A stretch of DNA of 64,000 nt from Lingula anatina (lineage: Eukaryota > Animalia > Brachiopoda): positions 46,416,788-46,480,787 of the forward strand of contig CM120640.1 of assembly GCA_051362555.1 (NCBI GenBank), read 5' to 3'. Positions 12,921 through 24,949 of the stretch are shown piece by piece. Each line of letters opens with the position of its first letter. The stretch's first letter is position 1. The translations under genes and the position numbers were made by a program. The notes beneath the pieces are model-generated. The model ran no database searches. It had not been told where the DNA came from and saw only the letters and a program-made list of their open reading frames with translations.

Positions 12921-15185
12921 TGGTCTAAGTAAACTGAGATGATGAACATTTGTGTTACATACTAGCTAGGCTAATGCTATTTTAAGCCATCATGTGGAAG
13001 TTTTTTTTGCTGAAGGAAATGTTTTTCATTTATTTTTGTTTATCCATCATTGGTTTATGAAGTTTATAAGTCATCAAGCTTGGTTGAAACATTATCTACC
13101 ATCTGGTTATATAATGTTGGACAAAAAAGAGCATATTGTATAGAGGACTGATTCAGATATTTGGGTTTAAAGATAATGTGGTAGTAGACCAGTGAAATGA
13201 AATATTGCACTCATGTTGCAGAAAGTAGCTTTTGCTTCATATCAATTCTTGACTACTGCACTATCCTGGATTACAGCTGGCCAAATGATCTGGCCTAGAA
13301 GTTAACACTTTCAGTCAGAAATTCTTTTGGAAAATTGACCCACAATGAATAGCTTGCTATGTATGGCATTTTCTGGGAACTGTTTGGAGACCTGATCAGT
13401 GGTCTAAAGATTACCTCTTATATTTATAGCTGGGAGGTTAGACTGAAATAAGTTCTTTCAGTGGCGAGATGGTATGTGTAAGGTCTTTCATTTGTGGACA
13501 GGCTTCAGATTGTCTTTTTATATTTGAAGAATATTTGATGGAATGAAAGATATGTAAAAAGTGCATTTTAGCTAAATAATACAGGATATCCTGTTTCATT
13601 GTTTATTGTACAAGGTGCAATACATAAAAATGTTAACCATACCATTACCTTCTTGCCTGTATTATTGTTAGAGCATTTTGAGTCATTTTTTTTTGTGAAA
13701 TGCACGCCGTTGTTAATTTGAAGGACTTGTTGACCTTCAATGATCTACCAAACTTCTCAGCAACTACAGATCTCAGTACATAGGCACTAATAATTTATTT
13801 TTCAAACAAGGCAAGTATCAGGCATTTTGGAATGCCTTTTTTTCACCCAAGTAGGAACTATATTACCAGCTTGATGGGAGGATTCTTTATCAAAAATACA
13901 CTGCAGTTGTAAATAATTTTTTGATTGCCAACAATTATTTTGTAAGTAACAGAAATATTCTTAAATACTTAATTAGCCTAGCTAATTTCATTATAAGTAT
14001 GAAATTTAATGCTTACATTTGTAAAGTTAATTTCACGAAACGGTCTGAATAAAAAAAAAATTGCAACAGTTGTGCATTCTATATTTTTCCGTGTACAAGT
14101 AATTTTCATACAGAAACTTGGTGCAACAAGTTTTAAAAATTAAAACTTCTATTGAGTGGTAGCAAGAAAATTGAAAAGGCTGGGTACCCTTTAGTTCTAT
14201 TCTATACATTAAAAGTAAAGAGTAAAGGTATCAGTGTGGTTTACATTAGATGCCTGGTCAGTTTTGGCCCTGACAAAAACTTGCTACATAGAAATGCTAC
14301 ATAGAAATATAACTTCAAAGATTCCAAAATAATATATTTAGAGATACGTTTGGCTCACTGAAAAAAGTGAGTCATTACCATATTATGCATTTCAGCACCA
14401 ACAAATTATCATTGCAGAACATCACCTGTTGCGTCTCATTCTAATGATATACCTAAAGTGAGGTCATATGAAAGATGGCCATGTTAAATGCAATGGTTCA
14501 TACTTGTTAGAACCATGCAAGCCTCAAATTCAATACTGTATTTTTGAAGTTTTCCTCTAATTGAAAGATGAAATTGATAGTGTCCCTCAACGTCTTGTAA
14601 GGTTTACAGCTCATAATTAGGGCGAAAAAAATATATCAGATGATTTCCTAAAAAGTGACTTTATTATGCTTACTGTCCTACCTTAAGAATGATGGTGAAC
14701 AACAAAAAATCTAAGTATCATTTATTTTCAGAAAACAATACCCAACACACATTACTGCCATGCAGCAAGAAAATCTTGCATATTTGTAAAATATTATACA
14801 AACTTGTAAAAAAAAATTTTCTAAGCAGTGATCATACTTTTTTGTATTATCAATCAAACTGAACCAGCCACTTGTCCTTCATGAAAATATGCCTTGGTTG
14901 CTACAAATAGCAACAGAACATGTTGCTTCCTTTTTTCAATAACTAGTCATAAAGCTACAATTACTACTTTCAGATGTCACAAGTGGCTAAACATATTGTG
15001 GTTTGCAACATGAATTAGTGAGGCCAATTTGGTAACTACATCACGTACCTGGCAACTCTAGCGGATGTTAAAGTTGAATGAAAAAATGCTGCACATTAAA
15101 ACCATTAAGCTAATAGAAGGCCAGAGCTGACAAGGTCTTCCCTTCATGTAACTGTTAGAAAATATGACACAAATAAGCTTATCAG

Positions 15186-15322
15186 GGCCCCGTAGCTCAA
15201 AAGCGTCGCGTATTGTGAATAGCAATATCGCATAGAGGCTACAATGTATTATATGGGGCGAGTTACTGAATCGAGACGCTTGCGCTCGGTCGCAACGCGT
15301 GATGCTTTTGAGTTGTGGGACC
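15186..15322. mobile_element. Short MITE family A, copy 1 (Harbinger-like, CAG TSD)
   Basis: TIRs GGCCCCGTAGCTCAAAAGC / GCTTTTGAGTTGTGGGACC flanked by CAG (15183-85, 15323-25); an inverted homologous copy lies at 32756-32894. Confidence 0.8.
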
Positions 15323-15534
15323 CAGATATTCAGAACATCTTAACACTACATCATAAAGTATTTTATGGCCTGAACTTTACCACCCATACAAATATATTTC
15401 AGGAAAAGCTTGGATTTTAAATGGGTTAAAATTATATTTTAACCTGCTACTATAGTAGCATTATCTAAGATGGAGACAGAAACCCACTAATACTCAATAT
15501 TTATACTGCTATAACAGTTTCCCTATCCAATTCT

Positions 15535-18500
15535 TTATGTTTTTTGCATCCTCTCTAGATATGCATTGTACCCAGCTTCTTGGAATGCCTTAGCAGCTAC
15601 AACTGAATCTTCAGCTTCCGTGATGCCACGGCCCACTATGATGATGTCACACTCCTTGTCGCAAATCACTTCTCTGGGGGTCAAATATTGCTGGCCCAGG
15701 GAGTCCTTACCACGAGTTAATTTTACTCCTGAAAGGAACAAAAACTAGCTAGTACTAAATAATTAATTTTCAACGTGTAAATTTACAAAAACTGATAGAT
15801 ATCCACTGTAGAGTATGAATGCAGTTCAATAAGGTATTTTTTCATGGTACTTTAAGCATATACACACACTGGACAAAAGAAGCGTCACCCCCTAACTCAG
15901 AACAATAAAAGTAGGCAGATCTTGGGTACTTATAATGCCTGGTCAACTTATAATGTGACTTATGAGTATAAAACTGCTATACCATGGAATTGTATTGCTG
16001 GTCTTGTACATGTACAGCAAATGTTATTCCTGTCTTCCTCCAATATGGCAAGATACAGGTAATTATCTAACGGTTATAGGTGCAAGTTATTAACCTGAAG
16101 AGGCGGAATATAAGCGATGTCAATATATCGATACAATTGAATTGTTTAGTCAGAACCGTGCAGAGGGTCTGGTCTCGGTATAAAAACACTGGATCAAGAG
16201 ACAAATTGTCTCTGATGGGCCGTCCAAGAAAAACTACTGGCCGTAAAGACCGACGACTGATTTTGATGTCCAGGTTGTCAAAGTTCGACACTGCTTGTCA
16301 GTTGACAACACAGTGGAACAATTTCACACATAAGAATGTGTTTGTGAAAATTGCTAGGCGTCGGCACCCTGAGCTTCAGAGCTAACTTGACACTAACCTC
16401 TTCACTGTAGCCTATCTTCATCATGTCAAGTAACCTCTGACGAAAATAGTTTGACCTAGTTTATATAAGCCAATCAAATCCATGTTTCAAAATTTTTCAC
16501 CAAAGTTTGGTGAAAACGCTGATTGGTTGACCGTCAATCGGCAATCCTCGGCTGATTCCGCAAGCTCCATACTAACAACAACGTTATTGTCGAGTGCGGA
16601 GACATCCGAGTAGTTCCGAGTGTATTACCGTACACAAAGAAAGCAAGGCGAGTGACTACGAAAAAGAATGTGTTAAGTTATCTCTTGATTCTTTGCAAAA
16701 TATGAGTAAATCGGAATTGAAACCATAGGGTCTAGCAGTTTGAGGCCCTGCATCATTATCTACTGAGGGACGATGTTATTTGCGTGCTGCCCACAGGTTA
16801 CGGCAAGTCCCTGATATTCAGCCTTATCTTTGATTGGTCCGGATTTGAACAAAGCGCGCTTTGACTCGTTCGCGTTCATTGGCTAGATAGTTTAATGAGT
16901 CATTGAGTGCGGGCTTTTAAATTTGATTGGCGGGCGGCGGAGGCAATCGAATCTGGTCAGAGGTTACTTGACACGATGAAGATAGGCTACAGTCAAGAGG
17001 TTAGTGTCAAGTTAGCTCTGAAGCTCAGGGTGGGCGTCGGTTACATGCTCATAGAGTGTACAGCAGGGATGCAAGACTGAAACCTCTTATATCGTTACAA
17101 AACAGGCAACTTAGAGTGAACTAGGGTCAACAGGATCTGGAACTGGACAGTCCATGACAATTGGTCCTATATATTTTTCTGATGAGTGTGGCTTTGGTCT
17201 GACCTCTGATGACAGACGGGTACGATGCTGGCGAACTGCTGGTAAAGCATTTAAACCAGATGTACTTCATTTTCGAACCCGGAGCAGCATATTCATCATG
17301 GTGTGGGGCTGCATCAGCATCCATGGCGTGGGCGAATTGATAGTGGTTGATGAAAACATGAATCACTAGAAATATATCGATGTTTTGGAGTCAGGCTTGC
17401 TACCATATATTACTAACATGTTTGGTGACAGGAATTATCCATTTGTTCACCAGGATGACAATGTTACTTGTCACAGGACCAGAGCAGTTGATGATTGGTT
17501 TCACCAACAGGACATTCGCAGGGTGATGTGGCCTGCCCAGAGTCCGGATGCAAACATGATAGAAAATGTGTGGAATGATATGTCAAAACTTTGGACAAAT
17601 GCCCGTCTAACAAGCAGAGAAACTCTGTTATATTCAGTGTTTAATGTCTGGGCCAGCATAAGCCCTAAACGCATCAGACAATTACATTAATCCTTGCTTC
17701 GTAGACTGGCACCTATTATTAGGTCACGTGGCTTTGCCACCAGTACTAATTTTGGACTTGAAATTGCATATTTTGGTAGAATGTATATTTTGTTCTCATT
17801 TTGTGATTTTTTGTGAAATTTGATGTTTATAAAATGATACCAAGAGCATACCATTCCACAGTCATTTATCTCCCCCATAGTATTGGCTCAGTAGGGGTGA
17901 CACTTCTTTTGTCCAGTGTGTGTACATATTTTAGAACAGTGTGCTTATCTTTTGAACACACACCTATGACCACATAAAATTACCAAATAATTTCACCTTA
18001 ACATATGAAATTATGTTTCTTTTAGTCAAAACATTTAATCTCTGGTACAATATTCACTTTATTTTGTTAATCTGGAGAACAAATGTGTTACCTGGAGTTA
18101 TATGAACCCAGTTGGGATCATTTGACAGCTTGGACTGTGTGATAAATCCAATAACAAAATCATCATGTTCCTCTGCCATCTTCAAAGTGGCTGAAATAAA
18201 ATTACACATTAGTTACTTGATAAATGTTAAGTTGCAGATCAAAAATATAATATGCATATCCTTGTAGAGTACAGGAGAAATCAAATCTTTTAAGTATTTC
18301 AATCACAAAAAATTAAATGTTCAGTTTACAATAAATGTAAATCCATTTAGACCACAGACATTGTTCTGCATGGCAGAAAGAACACTTAAACAAACAAAAC
18401 CTGACATTACCCAATAATTAACATGCCAAGGTTTGAAGTATATACTATCTATGCAGCACATTAAAACAGCATAAAAAGTTGCCAATAAGATCTTTTAGCA

Positions 18501-21500
18501 ACTGAGATCACCAACTGGAATGCTGTAACAGTGGCTTTCAAAATTTTCAAACCCACCTTTAGCATAGTCCCCTGTGGCAAGATTTCCCTTGGAGCTCATC
18601 TCAGCAATTAATAAACAAGCCCTGTCCTTCACAAGACCCACCTTATACAAAAATAATAATAATAAAAATTATTGAAGGTTTGCACATTATGATTTCAAAA
18701 GTTTTACGTAATATGGCATTGCAAATCAATGACAATTTGAGCTGATTTTAAATTCTGTTTCATAACTGTTCATATTAACCGCAAGACACCAACACCCTGT
18801 AATTAAAAAGAAATTGGTCTGTTTTAAGTTGGACACAAAAATATAAGACCAATACACATAGACAAGCAGTTACCTCCTTTAAACCCTGTACAATCCCAGG
18901 CCCTGGCAGAGCATGTGCATTGATGATGTGAGACCAGTCTGATATTCTGTACACCCCAGAGCTGTACTGGTGCTTCACTGTGTTACCAATGTCTGCAAAT
19001 TTCCTATGTAATGTTTCAAAACAATGAAGAATAAAGTTGGGAAAAAATCATTTATTTTAATATCTATTGTTTAAGATTTAACCAAAAAATGATTAAATTT
19101 TCATTTACAAATAAAAACTACGAAAATGATGGATGTGAAAGAGATATATTATGCATATGCAGTATCTAGTTATGCATTATATGAAAAAATACTGGATTTT
19201 TGCTTAATTCTGAATAAAAATTAACCTGTCCTCAAATATTAGAAACCCATGTTTCTCAGCCAAGTGTGATAAATCATGGACTAAGTCTGGTTTGAAGTCA
19301 GATATAATATCAATGTGGGTCTTCAGTATACAGATATGGGGCCCCACAGCATCTGCCAGCTGTAAAATCAAAGAAGTGTCTAAACTGATAAGTGAACAAA
19401 TAGATATGTGAATTAATAACTAGAACACTCAGTGAACACAGACCTCCACCAAGACGAATAAAATAACTAATAATTCACCATTAATTAATTAATGGATCAT
19501 CACCAAAATATAACTACTTTTAACATCAGGCATGAGATTTGGTTTTGATAAAAAAGTCTGAAAGACTTTTTCGAAGAAAAATCTTAACGCACACGTAGTG
19601 TGCGTGGGGGGGGGGTTGTTAAGGGGGGTGCGCCCCCCTTAAGCCTTGGAAAATTTTTTGACTTTTGCATTATGAATGGTGCAATTTCCTTGCATTTAAG
19701 ATCCCCCAAAAGAACTTTTTATCAGGCAAAAATGTGTAAAAATACATGAAATTTCATACAAATTTACACAAGAACATTATTTAAATAGAATAAATAATAC
19801 AATCTATCTATGGAAATTTTTTTTTACTTTTGCATTATGATTGGTGCACTTTCCTTGCATTTAAGACCCACAAAATGAACTTTCTATCAGGCAAAAATGT
19901 GTAAAAAAATGTGTAAAAATACATGAAAATTTCATACAAATTTACAACAGCATCCATGGAAACGAGGTTAAATTTCATAAACGTCAGGGTCGGAAAACCC
20001 AGATATATCGCACCTAAGCCGCCCCCGGTAGCCATATGCTGTTAGGAGACGTTATTCAAAGTAAATTTGTTCTAAGATATAATTAAGGTTCATTTTGCAT
20101 GCCTGTAAACTCCTAGATCTAAGGGTTTATCTTACATAGAAGTGTGATTTAACATCGTGTAAATCATAAATCGGCATAACATAACATAACATAACATAAC
20201 ATAACATAATTTTATTTCACGTCAGTTTTCCAACAAGCACAACACTAGCCATAGCAGGCTAATATCACCGAAAATAAAATGAATGAAATAATTGACTTTT
20301 GAAAACGTACACAACTTCTTTGCTGCACTTGAAATGACCTCGTTAGCTATAAATATGATCCTTTCACCTTGCCACGTGACATCATTTGATCCATATACAT
20401 GAGTAGTTGTCACTGTTGAAGGGAAAGCACGTCTATTTATAGGAACTGAAATCAGATGACGCAATGTATTGTTGTGTTCAGAGAGCGACTTTCACTTGAC
20501 CTACTTTCCAGTGCTGTATGTTGAACAGTACGTAGCTGCACCGGTATTTCTTCTCATTATACTTCAATTTGAGAAAATAAAAAACTTAATTGACTTGTAT
20601 AGTTTCCCACCGGTACGATAGGTATTTAATAAACATACCGGGTGGAAGAATTTTGAAAAATTAATAAGCGTACTGGGTATGTTTATTACAACAGCATCCA
20701 TGGAAACGAGGTCCCCTTTTAGGAGTGCGCCCGAGGGCGCATCTCTAGGAATTTTTTGGCGACATTTTCAATTTTTGGGCGACAATGTCGCAATGTCGCG
20801 CTCTGGGCAGAACCCTGCAACTCAAAACATGAAAATTTTCAAATGCAAGTTCAATGTCTTCATACGACATACACACAACCGATCTAGTAGCTTCATTTTC
20901 CAAAACGCAAAAGCGACACACGATACCACATGGAAAAAACCGCGCAGCGCTTTATGAACAGGATACAGGCCGTTTTACGGTAATTGCATTCAATGACTGT
21001 ATAAATGTCGTATAGACGTCGCAAAAGTTTCCCCCTTGATAACAGTGCGTCCCAGAATCGATATATATGTACGGTTGGTAACGTTTTTCGGCAAGGTCAA
21101 AATTGAAAACATGCGAGTGCCGATGAGTGAAGGGTCTCGCCGGGGAAGGGAAGGGTACCCCTACCCCCCCCCCCCCCCCTGAAATTTTCTCAACGGATTT
21201 GCAATGATATAAAAAATGACATTTTTGAAGGAAAAAGTCGGAATTCCGCCAAAAGACGGAAAAATCTCATGCCTGTAACATAGACCATTTCTCGACTATC
21301 TTGGAAATTTTATTAAAATCCATCCTTAACTTACGTTACGCTGTGATGAACGGGCAGACAAACACAGGCAGGAAACATAACCTCCTTGGCGGAGGTAATT
21401 ATATAAACAGTCAAGCTTTTTTATTATCTGGTTTTTGACATACCTTTTAAATGCTCATATTAGGCATTTAAATTTGATATAAATCAGTCAAAACTTCTGG

Positions 21501-24500
21501 AGTTGGAAACAGCTTATACCTAATACATGTCATAGATTACTGTCCTTTTTTGTATTTTTTTATCAAGCTGGCATATAGACATGTGGAGTGTGAGAGAGAT
21601 ACGCCATATCTGGATCTTTAGTTCTCGATATCAGAAGTGGTATAAATGGGTTTCAAGTGTCAGATACACCACTCGTCAGCAAGGTGTATATGACATTTAT
21701 TTGTGTTTCACACTCAGGTATATGACATACACATAGGGTGCTTCTATTACATAACTTGTCTTTACCTTCTAAATGAAGCAACTTCAAAACTTACCCTCAG
21801 CAGCTCTGCACCAGTTGTTACATCAGCAGATAGCGCTAAATTGGTCCGTTTATCTTCCATTGTTGTGAACAAAAACTTGGCCACAGAATGTGAACACAAC
21901 TTGGCCCTATCTCCATATGTAAGTACCTAAAACAAATAAAGGTATTTCATTGGGGGGTTTTCATAGTTAATGAATCACACGTTGATCTCTGCAGTAAAGA
22001 ACATAAACCAAAAATTAAAAAAGTAATAAAACTTGTCAGAATCTAATATATAGAGTCAATGTACTGAACTTTTAATGTGACATAACATCATTCCAACAAT
22101 TGAATATACACTGTATTCCCTATCTGCAAGCAGTAATTTTAGTTGGAAGTAATACAACCCCTTGAGAATAATTATCTTACAACAGTGGAAATCATACATG
22201 TACTGGTAATTACAATATGTACTGCATATTGAGTTCATGTTACCTGATTAGGATTCCATTATCAACATGCTGTTTATTCTTTTAATTCTTATATAATAAA
22301 AAAAAAAGTATTATCAGAGGCATGCAGTGTTTCACATTGTTACTTGTAGTGCCGTTCAGGTAAGAGGATCAGAAGTCAAAAGGTGAGTAGATCAGTCAAC
22401 TTGTTATCTGCACATCCATTTACAAATTTAAAGCATTACAGCAGAGATCCCAACACCAAGCATGCAAAAGAATGGTACCCTCTTAACTCGTTTGATGCTT
22501 CTGTCTCCTCCTTCATCCTCTGGACTCCTTTTCACATTTCCATTGGGATTAAATCTATTGTCATGGATGAACTGCTTGGTCCTGTTTATTACATCTTGCT
22601 CCAGCTTTCCCATATTGCCAAGAACTTCCAAAATTTGTGTTATAGTACAGACACTGGAAAAAGAAGTTTTAATTATCAAAATTAGTTAAAAGACAAATAT
22701 GTTTAAAAGGACATGTTTTATGGAACATTAATCTGTTTACCTAATTCTATTGTCTTGCAAAGGCACTGTTCAGAATTAGGGGCCACTCAAAATGAGTTAG
22801 TGCGTGCTTTTTTTTTTTTTTAGAAAAAAGTATTTGAATATCCACTTTTACAAAAGTATATTCACATACGGACTACATTTTGATTCACCATTTCATTTTG
22901 AACAACCATAAATAATATAAAAATAAAGATTAATGCAATATGTTGTGATTAAAATCAAAACTAAAATATGTAAGCACACTATACTTGACTCTGTACGAAT
23001 TGGTTATAGCACTTCATATTTTAGGCTAGTCAATACTCCATGTTACATCAGAATAGCAATTCCATAACTAAAACTGTGTATCACTTAAAACTGAAAAAGT
23101 ACATTCTGGCCAAAATATAATAAAATATATCATTTACCTATGCAGTTCAATTCCTTTGGTCTTAAGCATATCTTTGCCACCTTGTTCCCTGTCCACCAAA
23201 ACAACAGCATCTGTCACATTAATTTCTTCTTGTTGCAGAGACTGCAAAAAGAAATGCAGTTCTATTTTCATTTATTGATCTATTTATTGCACCTCATCTC
23301 ATTTCAGCTCATTTCATTTGTAAATTTCAGAGAAAGTTGTAAAAATATTGAAGATAAATAGAAATAAGCACCAAGATGGGATTTTCCCTCTGAAATTGGA
23401 AGGAGCAAAAAGTGCTATACAGATGAGTGCACTGCAATAAAATAATTTTTAGAATCATACATTGTAACATAACTTCTATGTGTCCATCAACTTACCAAAG
23501 TTGAAACTTTTCTTAAACATTCTGAAGACAATGTAAAGTAACGTGATGCAGAGATGAACTTTAGTTTACAAGGGTCAGTCTAGCATTTTTCATACTCTTG
23601 AAATATGTGTAACCCATACCAAAACTGTCTCCAAAACACTTGATCCACTGGTTACAACATCTTCTACAACTAAGCACACATCTCCAGGCTTGTAGTGACC
23701 TTCTATGATCTTCTTGGTTCCATAGTCCTTGGCTTCCTTTCTACGTATTAACATGGGGAACTTATGAGCAGTAGAGATACACTGAAAAAACATTTCAATA
23801 TATCGGTCTATGGATTTTGAATCGAAAAAAATGTTTTACAAGTCTGCAAATATAAATATGCTAAAATATATTCACTAGTCTATAAAATAATTGCCTGTGA
23901 CGTACATCCAATGACAACTCATTCAATTATCACAAAAAGAAAGATTCCTTGTGTATATACCCTCTCATATTTGCTCTAATAAAATTTCATGGCATTTAAA
24001 AAGGGTGACACACGTGCTACCCACTTATATAAATATAACTGTCAGTTTTTTTTCTTTTTAATTATCTTAAAACTCAACCAGAAATAAAAATACAACAACT
24101 TATGCTTTTATTTATCTCTTATGTTACAATAACACACAGGCAAATAGTTATTAATTCACTGGATATTGAAAATGGCCATTTGAAATTATGCAAGTGTGCA
24201 TAAACAAATTATGCAAAATGAAAGGTTAAACAGAACTTAAGTATTATAAATGATACAAACTGTGGCTAAGGGTAAGGCAGTATACGGCACACCACACACA
24301 GACTGGTAAGTAGAACCTGTTTTTGATGCTTGATATAAATGTTCTGAGACGTCTATCTGTAAAATTTTTTATAAACTTCTGAGAAATGGATAAACAAAAT
24401 GATTAGTAAAATTAAGCATATTTAAGTATTTTTTATCAAATGAAAATTAATATTCTGTTTAAGCGGTAATAAAAAGGTCTTATCTGAAAATTACACCGAG

Positions 24501-24789
24501 AAAAATTATTACCTGAACGAAAGAAGGTAGCACAAGAACGTAAAACAATAATAACAAATAATGGAAAAACACGTGTTCTCATTCATTCATTCATTCGGTA
24601 GCAATGCATTCACGTTTTGAGATCATAGAAACATCATTTTACCATTAAATCCGGATAAGATATTATCACTCTTAGATCAAAATACACTGGCGATTGTATT
24701 CCACTTTTTAAAGTGAAATTACCAAATTTTACAGCACCAATCTCGAACAATTTTAACACAAGATCGTTCAAATTTGTAGCGCTCCCCAT
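15535..24789 (-). CDS. UMPS: Uridine 5'-monophosphate synthase (OPRTase + ODCase)
   Basis: 11 exons: 24643-24789, 24261-24356, 23620-23781, 23138-23241, 22479-22653, 21795-21926, 19226-19359, 18874-19003, 18557-18641, 18092-18190, 15535-15728. Motifs [34 protein letters not shown] loop [18 protein letters not shown], catalytic [32 protein letters not shown]. An alternative in-frame start exists at 24825. Confidence 0.97.
16045..17749 (+). pseudogene. Tc1 transposase pseudogene
   Basis: GRPRKTT..DRRLI HTH region, [32 protein letters not shown] with 34 residues between D and E; several stops and frameshifts; interrupted at 16365-17032. Confidence 0.93.
16365..17032 (+). mobile_element. Non-autonomous long-TIR DNA transposon with a RecQ-type helicase fragment (AcademH-like)
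   Basis: 77-bp TIRs (16365-16441 / 16956-17032, 2 mismatches), 8-bp TSD GGCGTCGG (16357-64, 17033-40); internal frame 16736-16830 reads [28 protein letters not shown] (SF2/RecQ motif I). Confidence 0.8.
19527..21275. mobile_element. hAT-like non-autonomous element with 6-bp TSD
   Basis: Perfect 14-bp TIR CAGGCATGAGATTT / AAATCTCATGCCTG flanked by TAACAT (19521-26, 21276-81); sub-terminal G/C runs and internal duplications; no transposase ORF. Confidence 0.75.
20175..20208. repeat. (CATAA)n microsatellite
   Basis: About 7 tandem CATAA units. Confidence 0.9.
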
Positions 24790-24949
24790 CCCGACAGGAA
24801 GACAAGCAACCTCGATATCGATCATAAGGTGAAGGTCAGCATAACAAACGATCGGTTTTTATATTCTGATCAATCTTGAGTTATGCTTTATCATGGTACC
24901 TCTAACTTTATCGGGGTGAACGTGACAGCTGAAACTTACGAGTATTGAA
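24790..24949. promoter_or_regulatory. Bidirectional promoter shared by UMPS and the uncharacterised gene
   Basis: Only 160 bp between divergent ATGs (24789 minus, 24950 plus); CpG-richer than flanking introns and contains a DRE-like TATCGAT. Confidence 0.75.

Larger units (their letters stand above)
15863..17922 (+). mobile_element. Tc1-family DNA transposon (DD34E), inactive, in the last UMPS intron
   Basis: ~30-bp TIRs CACACACTGGACAAAAGAAGYGTCACCCC with TA TSD (15861-62, 17923-24); contains a transposase pseudogene and a nested insertion. Confidence 0.95.
19417..21399. mobile_element. HINE/Helentron-type non-autonomous element split by a nested insertion
   Basis: Sub-terminal repeat ACCTCCACCAAG (19442-19453) is complementary to CTTGGCGGAGGT in the terminal hairpin ACCTCC-TTGGC-GGAGGT (21380-21396), preceded by a CAGACAAACAC-type microsatellite; host parts are 19417-19526 and 21276-21399. 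Confidence 0.65.

Noticed and set aside
24838-24887. AGCATAAC...GTTATGCT inverted repeat in the UMPS promoter as a second P-type footprint
   Set aside because: Only 8 bp pair well and there is no flanking direct repeat.
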